A DNA stretch of 64,000 nt, from positions 708,023-772,022 of the forward strand of contig JBMORU010000001.1 of NCBI GenBank assembly GCA_049322215.1. The letters are read 5' to 3'. Every line of letters starts with the position of its first letter. The first letter of the stretch is position 1. Under the pieces are notes generated by a model, which was not told the origin of the DNA, searched no databases, and was given only the letters and a program-made list of their open reading frames with translations. The stretch comes from Patescibacteria group bacterium. GTDB taxonomy: Bacteria; Patescibacteriota; WWE3; UBA101185; UBA10185. The translations under genes and the position numbers were made by a program. This document shows positions 55,605-64,000 of the stretch, piece by piece.

Positions 55605-56462
55605 TTACGCATACTTTTTATATAATGCTTGTAAATTGGATCTTTCTAAGGGTTGCTTTACAAGTGGTTTATTTGCTAATTGGGAAAGTTGTTCTTCGTA
55701 AGTTGGTTTTTCTATTTTGTAAAACACACCTAATGGTATTTGTTTTTCACCAAACTCTCTTGATTTTTTAAATGCAGCGTCTAAGTTGGTTACGTCATGT
55801 GTGTCATCTAAATAATATGTATTTTGCTGATACAATTCGTGTGTACAAACATTATTAAACGTGGTGCATGGTTGTAATATATCTACAAACGAAAAGCCTT
55901 TGTGTTTAGATGCTTCAATCATTATTTCAGTTAGTTTAGGAATGTCGCTTGAGTAGGCTCTTGCAACAAATGTTGCCCCTGCAGAAATAGCTAAGGTAAT
56001 TGGTGTTACAGCGTTATCTATATTTCCTGAAGGGGTTGATTTTGATTTATAGCCGTTTTGGGTTACAGGTGATGTTTGACCGGTTGTGAGAGCATATAAA
56101 CCGTTATCATGAAGAAACAAGTTAATGTCATGGTTTCTTCTACATGCGTGTAAAAAGTGGTTTCCACCTTCCCCTAAACAGTCGCCATCTCCCGAAAAAA
56201 CGAAAACATTTAAATCAGAATTTGCCATTTTTATACCTTCTGCTACGGGTAAAGGTCTTCCGTGAAGCCCTTCAAATGAAGTTAGTTTGGTGAAGTTGAC
56301 TATATGTCCATGACATCCTATACCTGCAACTAGCACAGAATTGGTATTATCCCAGCCTTCTTTTACTGATGCATTTTTAAAGGCTGCCCAAAGTGCTATG
56401 TTTCCACATCCTGGACACCAGTTTGGAGGACATGAAGTTGATAATTCTGCTAATGTTGGCAT
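55605..56462 (-). CDS. 2-oxoacid:ferredoxin oxidoreductase, beta (TPP-binding) subunit
   Basis: CPGCGN and GDGD TPP/Fe-S motifs. Confidence 0.8.
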   Translation of the reverse strand: MPTLAELSTSCPPNWCPGCGNIALWAAFKNASVKEGWDNTNSVLVAGIGCHGHIVNFTKLTSFEGLHGRPLPVAEGIKMANSDLNVFVFSGDGDCLGEGGNHFLHACRRNHDINLFLHDNGLYALTTGQTSPVTQNGYKSKSTPSGNIDNAVTPITLAISAGATFVARAYSSDIPKLTEIMIEASKHKGFSFVDILQPCTTFNNVCTHELYQQNTYYLDDTHDVTNLDAAFKKSREFGEKQIPLGVFYKIEKPTYEEQLSQLANKPLVKQPLERSNLQALYKKYA

Positions 56463-56463
56463 T

Positions 56464-58188
56464 TTAACCTTTCAGTAAACTTTCAATTTTATTCTGTATA
56501 TCTTCAACATAAAAAGGACGGCCATCGTATTTAAGCATATTATCTTTTATTTCCACCGAAGTTTGCTGTTTTATCCATCCTCCCATTTGTGCTGAATAAT
56601 TGCATTCAATGTTAACAACATGTTTTGCATTGTTTAATACTTGCTTAACTTTTTCTACTGGAAAAGGATTAGCCCATGTAATATGTAGGTAGTTTACGTT
56701 TTTATAATTTTTTATAGCTTGTAGAATACTGCCTTTATTGCTTCCCCACGATACTAAGGTAATGTCAGCCTTTTCAGGCCCGTACAAAGTTGGATCTTGC
56801 ATATCTTGCTCGGCACATGTAACTAGTTTTTGCATTCGTTTTTTCATTTGTTCATTTCTATTTTTTATTTCTTCGTTAGATAATCCTTGCAAGTCATGTT
56901 CATCTGAATTAGCTATAAAAAAGTTACCGCTTCCTGGTACTGATCTCTGAGATATTCCGTCGCTTTCTAATTTGTATCTTTCAAAGTTTTCTATTTTTTC
57001 CAAAACCAGTTTCCCTCTATCGGTTTTGTAATTTGTAGGGTCAAACATAGGAACGCTTTGGTCGTTTTCGCATAGGTTTTTGTCAATTAAAATTACTACA
57101 GGTGTTTGGTATTTTTCAGCTAAATTAAAAGCTTTCATTGTCGTATCAAATACTTCTTGTGCATCACCTGGCGTTAAAATAATTTTAGGAAATTCACCCT
57201 GGTGCGCGTGAATTACAAATCTTAAATCATCTTGAGCACTCCAGGTAGGTAATCCTGTGGCAGGGCCTCCGCGCATACCCTCTACAATTACAATTGGGGT
57301 TTCTGTTATGCCTGCCAAGCCATAACCCTCAGACATTAAGCAAAATCCGCCGCCAGAAGTTGCAGTCATGGCTCTAGCCCCTGCAAAAGAGGCGCCCAAC
57401 GCCATATTTATTGCAGATATTTCGTCTTCGGGTTGTTTATATACATATCCATATTCTTCCTGGTGCTCTGCTAAAACATGTAAGATGTTTGAAATAGGTG
57501 ACATCGGGTAAATAGCTGCAAATTGTAACCCTGCAGATATTGCTCCCAAGGCAACCGCTTCGTTTCCATTTACAATCATATTTTCTTTTAGGGAAGCTAT
57601 TGAAGTTTCTGGTGACAGTGTGCTTTTTTGTATGTTTGCATAATTGCTTAACGCGTAATTATAGCCAAGTTCCGCGGCTTTTAAGTCGGCTAACACAATG
57701 CTTTCGCCTTTATGCTCAAACTGCTCTCTTACAAATTTTTGAAGCAATATCAAATTTCCGCTTAGGAGTCCTGCTGCTGCTCCCAAAGCTACCATATTAA
57801 TTAAAATTTCCTTACCCCCCGCTTCTTCGGCAAGTTTTGCTAAAGGTATTGGACAAAGTTTAACGTTAGGATTCACATTTTCTGTTTTTAGTTTTTTATC
57901 GCCGTCAAAAATTATGCACGACTTTGGTGTTAATTCGTTTAAATGTAAATTTATAGTTTCTTGATTAAGTGCAACTAATAAGTCGGTTTTGTTACTTGGT
58001 CCTAGCACTTCTTCATTGGACACATTTACCTGAATTACGTTGTGCCCTCCTTTTATAATTGATGGGTACTCAACGTAGTTATATATATGTTTGCCGGATC
58101 TTGCTGCATATTTTGCAAAAAGCTGTCCTGACGACTTTACACCTTGCCCTGCTGCTCCCCCAATTTTTAAGGTTAAAATGCTTTGCAT
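56464..58188 (-). CDS. 2-oxoacid:ferredoxin oxidoreductase, alpha subunit with N-terminal gamma domain fused (two-subunit type)
   Basis: N-terminal gamma-domain LKIGGAAGQGV, then an alpha domain. Starts 1 nt before the beta gene. Confidence 0.8.
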   Translation of the reverse strand: MQSILTLKIGGAAGQGVKSSGQLFAKYAARSGKHIYNYVEYPSIIKGGHNVIQVNVSNEEVLGPSNKTDLLVALNQETINLHLNELTPKSCIIFDGDKKLKTENVNPNVKLCPIPLAKLAEEAGGKEILINMVALGAAAGLLSGNLILLQKFVREQFEHKGESIVLADLKAAELGYNYALSNYANIQKSTLSPETSIASLKENMIVNGNEAVALGAISAGLQFAAIYPMSPISNILHVLAEHQEEYGYVYKQPEDEISAINMALGASFAGARAMTATSGGGFCLMSEGYGLAGITETPIVIVEGMRGGPATGLPTWSAQDDLRFVIHAHQGEFPKIILTPGDAQEVFDTTMKAFNLAEKYQTPVVILIDKNLCENDQSVPMFDPTNYKTDRGKLVLEKIENFERYKLESDGISQRSVPGSGNFFIANSDEHDLQGLSNEEIKNRNEQMKKRMQKLVTCAEQDMQDPTLYGPEKADITLVSWGSNKGSILQAIKNYKNVNYLHITWANPFPVEKVKQVLNNAKHVVNIECNYSAQMGGWIKQQTSVEIKDNMLKYDGRPFYVEDIQNKIESLLKG

Positions 58189-58895
58189 TATAAAAACCTT
58201 TCTTTATAAATTCTTTCTTTGGGACATCCCGTGCTAAGAAGTATGTTTGTAGCCCCCTCAATCATTGCTGGGTGGCCACATAAGTAAGCACCGCAGTCAC
58301 TTGTGTTTTGAAAATCATTTTTCATCAGGTCGGTGTTATAACCTTTATGTCCGTTCCATTCGTTATCAGGTTCTAATAGTGCAAAGCGAAAATGAAAGTT
58401 TTTGTATTTTACTTCTAACTCTTCAAAATAATCTTTCCAAAAAATTTCTTTATTATTGGTTAATCCAAAATATAAATATAGTGGAATTTCACTGCTTAAT
58501 GTTTTTAGTTGATAATCAACCATACATTTTAATGGGCTAATACCTGAACCTGTGCCCAGTAGTAGTAAGTTTTTGGCACCGTCCTCAGGATGAATTATAA
58601 ACACACCAAGGGGGCCTAAAAATTCGATTTCATCGTTTTTTTTGAGTCTTTCAAAAAATTGAGAACCCGGCCCTCCAGGTCTAGTATCTACCAGCAACCC
58701 AAATTTTTTGTTTCCATCTTTAGTTGCTAAGGAATATGCACGAAAAGTATGTTCTGCAACTATTACATTTATGTACTGCCCTGGAATAAAGTTAAAATCT
58801 TCTGTAGTTTGAAATTCAAAATAATTAAATTTAGAGGCAAGATTTTTGCTAAGTGTAGTTGTGGCTTTATATCTCAATGGTTTCTGAATGGGCAT
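58188..58895 (-). CDS. FAD/NAD(P)-binding oxidoreductase of the ferredoxin-NADP+ reductase family
   Basis: RAYSLA (RxYS FAD motif), LLLGTGSGISP, CGHPAM. No Fe-S tail. Confidence 0.6.
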   Translation of the reverse strand: MPIQKPLRYKATTTLSKNLASKFNYFEFQTTEDFNFIPGQYINVIVAEHTFRAYSLATKDGNKKFGLLVDTRPGGPGSQFFERLKKNDEIEFLGPLGVFIIHPEDGAKNLLLLGTGSGISPLKCMVDYQLKTLSSEIPLYLYFGLTNNKEIFWKDYFEELEVKYKNFHFRFALLEPDNEWNGHKGYNTDLMKNDFQNTSDCGAYLCGHPAMIEGATNILLSTGCPKERIYKERFL

Positions 58896-58933
58896 GCTAT
58901 CAGTTTATTCAAGTTTCATTTCACTGTAAAGAA

Positions 58934-59536
58934 TTAGCGTATTATTTTTAGCTCGGGCCATTTTTTTAACCATTTAGAGGTTTTGGCTTCAAACACTTTT
59001 TCTATTGTATATGGCTTGTTTATACGCACAGTCATGTTAAATAAATCTTGTAGTCCGTAAGGTGCAACAACAAAGTAGTTATTATTTCTTTTAGTGATAC
59101 CTATGCAAGTTGCTGTAGATGGCCAAGTGCTTATAGAATGTTCTAGGTTTTTATACTTTTCAATTTTTTGTCCAAACTTTTCGTGAAACCAAGTGTGTAC
59201 GCCGGCTTCATTTGTTACATCTAGTTTATTAAAGTTTAAATGAGAGAAATTTTGTGAAAGCTTGTTTTCAAGGGCTACTTCTTTTTCCCTAGAATAGCTG
59301 TCATCCCAATAAACTAAGTCGTAGTCGCCAATTCCTTGTGTAATTTCTCTGCTAGTTAAATAGTTCCAAACAGTTTGATTTATGCATCCAGCGCCATAGT
59401 ACCAAGCAAACTTTATGTGCTCTCCTGTTTTATCTAGCAACTCATTTAACACTGGATTGAGTTTAACTATACGTACAAGCTCTTTTTTTTGAACTTCAAT
59501 GGGTGAATTAGCTATGTCTACTTTGGAGTTTCTCAT
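58934..59536 (-). CDS. Nucleotidyltransferase-fold protein (uncharacterised)
   Basis: GAGCINQTVWNYLTSREITQGIGDYDLVYWDD resembles a G[GS]...D.D Pol-beta-like motif. Confidence 0.35.
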   Translation of the reverse strand: MRNSKVDIANSPIEVQKKELVRIVKLNPVLNELLDKTGEHIKFAWYYGAGCINQTVWNYLTSREITQGIGDYDLVYWDDSYSREKEVALENKLSQNFSHLNFNKLDVTNEAGVHTWFHEKFGQKIEKYKNLEHSISTWPSTATCIGITKRNNNYFVVAPYGLQDLFNMTVRINKPYTIEKVFEAKTSKWLKKWPELKIIR

Positions 59537-61962
59537 TAAACTACAATATTAACTATTTTATTAGGTATATAAATAAATTTTTTCACATTTTGGTTTTCTA
59601 CATACTTACTGATCTGCTCATTACTTAGTGCTAATTTTTTAACGGTTTCTTCCTTAGCGTTTCTTTCTATTTCGAGTGTAGCTCTTACTTTTCCGTTTAC
59701 TTGTATAGCAATGTTTACTGTGTTTCCCAAAGCCAGTTCTTTGCTAAACTCTGGCCAGTCCTGCAAGTGAATGCTGTTTTCCTTTTTCCAGTGCTTGTAG
59801 CTTTTGAACTCCTGCCATAGTTCTTCTGTAACGAATGGAGCGAATGGTGCTACCACTTTTAAAAATCCTTCCCAGTGGTTTTCATTTATGTTCTTTTCGT
59901 CTTTAGCTGAATTTACGAATTTCATTATTTCGCTAACTGCTGTGTTCATTTTTAAGTCAGTCATCATTTCTGTAACACTTTTTACCATTTGATGATAGGC
60001 CTGAGTTAAAAATTTAGAAGACTCTTTTTTTGAAACTTTTGTACGCAACCGATAAATGTTAGCTAACAATTTGTGGCAAGCTGTTACCGCTCTAGGATTC
60101 CAAGGGTAAGTTTCGTCGTAAGGTCCCAAGAAACATAAAACCATTCTTGCTGCGTCTGCTCCGTAAGTATCTAGTAAGTCTTGTGGATTTACAGAGTATT
60201 CAGGGCGAGATTTAGACATTTTTTTGTTGTCTTGACCTAAAAGCATTCCTCCGCTCATTCTCCAGTTAAATGGTTCTGGAGTAGGTAGAAGTCCTTGCTC
60301 ATATAAAAACCTGCACCAAAATCGTGCATATAGCAAGTGGGCGGTAGTGTGCCCTGCGTCTCCAAAATATTTATCTACAGGTAACCAATATTTCATTTTT
60401 TCCATATCAGCAAAGATTTCTGAGTTTTTTGGGTCGATGTAACGTATAAAATACCAGTTTGATCCTGCCCAAGTAGGCATTGTGTCTGTTTCACGTTTTG
60501 CGGGGTTACCGTTACTGTCTGTAGTATTGACCCAGTCTTCAAACTCGCTTAGCGGAGGAAAGTCATCTCTGTTTTTAACTGTATAGGGGTCAATTTCCGG
60601 GATTTTTACTGGTAATTCCCAGTCTGCTTCTATATTTCCGTTTTGAGTATAAATTAAAGGAATAGGATCCCCCCAGTAGCGCTGTCTTGACCAAATTTGA
60701 TCTCTAAGTTTGTATGTTGTTTGTGCTTTACCAATTCCTTTTTGTTCTAAATCTGCAATAATTTTTTTTCTGAATTCGGTTGTGTGCAAACCGTTATATT
60801 TACTGGAGTTAATTGCTGTTCCTTCACCTGAATAACATTCTTCATTTGTTTTTTCATCGGGTGTGTATACGTAGATAATGTTTAAGTTATATTTTTTTGC
60901 AAATTCAAAGTCTCTTTCGTCATGAGCAGGAACACCCATTATTGCCCCTGTTCCAAAAGCCACCATTATGTAGTCTGCTAAAAATATGGGAATCTCCTGA
61001 TTGTTTAATGGGTTTACTGCTTTTATACCTTTTACCTCAATTCCTGTTTTCTCTTTAGTTTGGCGTTCCATGTCAGATAGCTCTGATGAAGTTTTAATAT
61101 AATTCTTCATTTCGCTTTTGTTTTCGGCATTTTTTATCAAATCTTTCACTATTTTATGTTCGGGGGAAATTGCAATAAACGTTGCACCGTAAATAGTATC
61201 AGGTCTGGTTGTAAATACAGTAATTTTTGAAGAATCGGTTGTTTCAAAATCTATTAAGGCCCCTTCCTTTTTTCCTATCCAGTTAATTTGCCCCAGTTTT
61301 ACTGAGTCCATGTATTCTGTGTCTTTTAAGCCCTCTAACAACTTATCTGCGTAATCGGTAATTTTTAAATTCCACTGTTTAAAGGTCTTTCTTTCTACAG
61401 CATAACCACCTCGTTCTGACACTTTGTTGCCTTTTGAGTCGGTAAGTACTTCTTCATCAGCTAAGACCCCAAGTTCAGCACACCACCATACAGGCATTTC
61501 TTTTTGTTCTACTACACCGTTTTCCCACATTTTCAAAAACATCCATTGTGTCCATTTGTAGTATTCTGGGTCACACGTGTTTATTTCACGGTTCCAGTCA
61601 ATTGCATAGCCCATTAATTGCATTGCATTTTTAAAGTCTTTTTCTGCTTGCGCAATAACTTGTTGAGGAGTTTTATTTGTTTTTAAGGCAAATGTTTCTG
61701 CAGGAAGACCAAAAGAATCCCATCCCATGGGGAACATTACGTTATAACCTTGCATACGTAAAAATCTGGAATAAACCTCAGGAACGGTATATCTCATCAT
61801 ATGTCCTGCGTGTAAATACGCACCAGAAGGGTAAGGAAGTTCGGCTAATATATATTTTTTAGGTTTTTCACTAAAATCTATAGCTTCGTAAATATTGTCT
61901 TCGTACCATTTTGATCTCCAGTTTTCTTCTATTTGCTTGTGGTTGTATTTTCTTTCTTTCAT
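59536..61962 (-). CDS. leuS: Leucyl-tRNA synthetase
   Basis: HAGH (HIGH-class), KMSKS, editing domain and overall 808 aa LeuRS layout. Confidence 0.9.
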   Translation of the reverse strand: MKERKYNHKQIEENWRSKWYEDNIYEAIDFSEKPKKYILAELPYPSGAYLHAGHMMRYTVPEVYSRFLRMQGYNVMFPMGWDSFGLPAETFALKTNKTPQQVIAQAEKDFKNAMQLMGYAIDWNREINTCDPEYYKWTQWMFLKMWENGVVEQKEMPVWWCAELGVLADEEVLTDSKGNKVSERGGYAVERKTFKQWNLKITDYADKLLEGLKDTEYMDSVKLGQINWIGKKEGALIDFETTDSSKITVFTTRPDTIYGATFIAISPEHKIVKDLIKNAENKSEMKNYIKTSSELSDMERQTKEKTGIEVKGIKAVNPLNNQEIPIFLADYIMVAFGTGAIMGVPAHDERDFEFAKKYNLNIIYVYTPDEKTNEECYSGEGTAINSSKYNGLHTTEFRKKIIADLEQKGIGKAQTTYKLRDQIWSRQRYWGDPIPLIYTQNGNIEADWELPVKIPEIDPYTVKNRDDFPPLSEFEDWVNTTDSNGNPAKRETDTMPTWAGSNWYFIRYIDPKNSEIFADMEKMKYWLPVDKYFGDAGHTTAHLLYARFWCRFLYEQGLLPTPEPFNWRMSGGMLLGQDNKKMSKSRPEYSVNPQDLLDTYGADAARMVLCFLGPYDETYPWNPRAVTACHKLLANIYRLRTKVSKKESSKFLTQAYHQMVKSVTEMMTDLKMNTAVSEIMKFVNSAKDEKNINENHWEGFLKVVAPFAPFVTEELWQEFKSYKHWKKENSIHLQDWPEFSKELALGNTVNIAIQVNGKVRATLEIERNAKEETVKKLALSNEQISKYVENQNVKKFIYIPNKIVNIVV

Positions 61963-62054
61963 AATTCCTTTTTTAGACTATAAATAAAATTTTAGCAAAC
62001 CAAATGTTTGCTGTATAAACCTTACACAGAATAATTTAATATTCTGCTATTTAC

Positions 62055-62231
62055 TTATTTGAGCTTGTTAATTTCTTTATGAAGAGTTTTTTTGCGTAAA
62101 ACGGGGTTATACTTCATTAATTGAAGTTTATCTGGTGAGTTTACTTTATTCTTTTCTGTTACATAGGTACGTCGTCCTGTTTCGGTGCATTCAAGTGCTA
62201 TTAGAACTCTGTTACCTTTTTTCTTTGCCAT
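62055..62231 (-). CDS. rpmG: 50S ribosomal protein L33
   Basis: [29 protein letters not shown]...KKTLHKE. Starts at the internal ATG of the longer ORF. Confidence 0.8.
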   Translation of the reverse strand: MAKKKGNRVLIALECTETGRRTYVTEKNKVNSPDKLQLMKYNPVLRKKTLHKEINKLK

Positions 62232-62329
62232 AACGTTGCGATAATACAATATATTAAAGTAATGAGCAAGTAGGGAAGTTGTGCTAAAATTTTCAACTAC
62301 AAATCAAATATAACCTATAAAGGAGTAAG

Positions 62330-62713
62330 ATGATGTTTAAAACGTTAGCTAGGGCTTTAAAGATTTTTAACGAAGCTAAATCTCTTCAACGAAATAAGGC
62401 TTCTGTAGTTGATATTTCACAAGCATTGCGTCACCAAGATTTTCTTGGTTTAGGGCATCTTTCGGAAGAAGAGTATGAAGCTGTTTTGGTTAGAGCGTCT
62501 TGCTTATTTTGGAAGCCGGTAAATTTGTGTCATCAGCTTAGCTGGCCAGAGTTTATCATCATTGTAGCGTGGAGTATGAAACATCGTACAACAAGAACTG
62601 ACTTTGACGAAAAAACTATGCTTATTTTGCGGGCTGTTGGCACTGTGGGTGGTATGACTAGGCAAGGTATGTCTCACTATTTTTCTTTTAAGGGTTGGCA
62701 GCCTATTCAATAG
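62330..62713 (+). CDS. Hypothetical protein
   Basis: RBS AAGGAG. Confidence 0.35.
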   Translation: MMFKTLARALKIFNEAKSLQRNKASVVDISQALRHQDFLGLGHLSEEEYEAVLVRASCLFWKPVNLCHQLSWPEFIIIVAWSMKHRTTRTDFDEKTMLILRAVGTVGGMTRQGMSHYFSFKGWQPIQ

Positions 62714-62781
62714 CCTATAGCGTTTGAATTTGAGACTTGAATGGCGTATAATTCAAAAAAAACAATAAGGAGATATACGTT

Positions 62782-63126
62782 ATGCGCAAGCTAAAAAAGC
62801 TTATTTTACGTTTGTTTAAGCGCAGCAATTACGCCCCAGTGCCTGGTAAAGAACTGACTGCACCTTGGTGTGAATTAGTAAACTTGAAGGCGCTTGTTTT
62901 TGTTACAGTAAAAAAGGAGTGGGGTCGTTATGTATGGTTTTCTAAACCAGTACTTGGACGCTTGTACGGTAGGGAAACCAAAGAAGGTTGGGAAATCACA
63001 CACCCGGCCCTGAAGACGCCTGCAACCGCCGTTGCTTTCCAGTATGATCAAACGCCCCTTTACACCTCTGGTATTAGGATTTACTTACCAGTGTATCCTA
63101 AACCCGAGGGTGCGCCCAAACGCTAA
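62782..63126 (+). CDS. Hypothetical protein
   Basis: RBS AAGGAG. Confidence 0.35.
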   Translation: MRKLKKLILRLFKRSNYAPVPGKELTAPWCELVNLKALVFVTVKKEWGRYVWFSKPVLGRLYGRETKEGWEITHPALKTPATAVAFQYDQTPLYTSGIRIYLPVYPKPEGAPKR

Positions 63127-63210
63127 TGCATTAACTTGTCTTTGGTAGTGAAATCAACCTCATTGCCAAAGACATTTTTTTTCGAATCAAATTTAAGCTA
63201 TTATGTCCCT

Positions 63211-64000
63211 ATGCCTGATAAATACAAAGCGTTATGGATTTCATATTCTTCAATGTCTGATTTTTTAAATTGTCCAAGAGCTTATTACTTAAAAAATGTG
63301 TATAAAAATCCGGAAACTAACAAAAAAATTGAAATAACTAAACCCGCGTTGTCTTTAGGTTCTGCAGTTCATAAAGTAATAGAACCTTTAGCTAAACTAA
63401 AGCCTGAAGATCGTTTTACTAGCGATTTATTTGAAAAATTTTCAGAAGTATTTTCCACATACGAAGGCAAACGAGGCGGATTTGTAGCTAAATCTGATTT
63501 TGATTATTTTAAAAAGCAAGGCTTAGGTATGATTTCAACAGTAATTCAAAATAACGAGCCCCTTATAAAACAGACTTATGTTGCAGAACAAGATTTATTG
63601 CATGGTTGGCTGTCAAAAACTGATGAGGTTATTATTTGTGGGAAAATAGATTGGATTAACCAGCTAGAAGACGACAAACTTGAGGTTATTGACTTTAAAA
63701 CAAGCAAAAGAGAAGAAGAGGATTCGTTGCAGCTACAAATTTATACATTACTTTTATTTTTGCTAAATAAGCAGCAAGTAAATTCTCTAAATTACTGGTA
63801 TTTAAGATTAAACAAAGATTTAACACCTGTAGACTTACCTGATGTTAGAGAGTCAAAAAAAATTGTTTTAGATATTGCCCTAGAAATGAAAGAAGCCCGC
63901 GAAAATAGCAATTTCATATGCCCTAAAAGTGGTTGTTTTCACTGCGAAGAATATGAACAAATAATAAGTGGAAATGCCGAAATGGTAGGCGTAGGTGAAT
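63211..64000 (+). CDS. PD-(D/E)xK nuclease of the Cas4/RecB-exonuclease type with a four-Cys cluster. Truncated at the 3' end by the window edge.
   Basis: Not in the ORF track because no stop is reached. Translation MPDKYKALWISYSSMSDFLNCPRAYYL..., D...EVIDFKTSK (D-ExK) and ...QIYTLL..., with C-terminal CPKSGCFHC. One N-terminal Cys plus three C-terminal Cys is the Cas4/AddB [4Fe-4S] arrangement. Confidence 0.5.
   Translation, partial: MPDKYKALWISYSSMSDFLNCPRAYYLKNVYKNPETNKKIEITKPALSLGSAVHKVIEPLAKLKPEDRFTSDLFEKFSEVFSTYEGKRGGFVAKSDFDYFKKQGLGMISTVIQNNEPLIKQTYVAEQDLLHGWLSKTDEVIICGKIDWINQLEDDKLEVIDFKTSKREEEDSLQLQIYTLLLFLLNKQQVNSLNYWYLRLNKDLTPVDLPDVRESKKIVLDIALEMKEARENSNFICPKSGCFHCEEYEQIISGNAEMVGVGE

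Overview
This 64-kb window is AT-rich (roughly 35% GC by eye) and densely coded, with several tracts of higher GC. The gene content fits a small-genome, fermentative, Patescibacteria/CPR-like bacterium. This assignment is inferred from a giant beta-helix/CBM surface protein, a minimal [NiFe]-hydrogenase, a two-subunit 2-oxoacid:ferredoxin oxidoreductase, an orphan solute-binding protein and many small hypothetical membrane proteins. Housekeeping anchors are LeuRS, ribosomal protein L33, tRNA-Glu(UUC), tRNA-His(GUG), dCMP deaminase, an NDK-like protein, an ITPase and a class I glutamine amidotransferase.

The main non-housekeeping block runs from about 14.2 kb to about 30.3 kb. Its left edge is tRNA-His, abutted by a large serine recombinase gene whose 3' end reads antisense through the tRNA. 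Next come a second resolvase-domain gene and a winged-HTH gene. The cargo is a complete Type I restriction-modification operon (hsdM-hsdS-hsdR) and two cassettes I cannot assign to a described system:
- An excisionase-type HTH fused to an SF2 DEAH helicase, overlapping a zinc-ribbon protein.
- An HPr-kinase-like P-loop kinase, a Pol-beta-type nucleotidyltransferase, an alpha/beta hydrolase and a NUDIX hydrolase, lying just downstream of the NDK-like gene and an attenuator-like terminator.

Other notable loci:
- A relic att-like 19-bp duplication of the tRNA-Glu 3' end.
- A two-Cys CsoR-family repressor with a perfect 7-5-7 palindromic operator in its own promoter, controlling a glutaredoxin and dCMP deaminase.
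- A GT2/GT-C glycosylation locus.
- A candidate structured ncRNA of about 300 nt ending in a strong intrinsic terminator.
- A hydrogenase/OFOR/ferredoxin/FNR electron-transfer neighbourhood.

No CRISPR array and no rRNA were seen. All functional calls rest on motif-level reading of the translations. No database search was possible.
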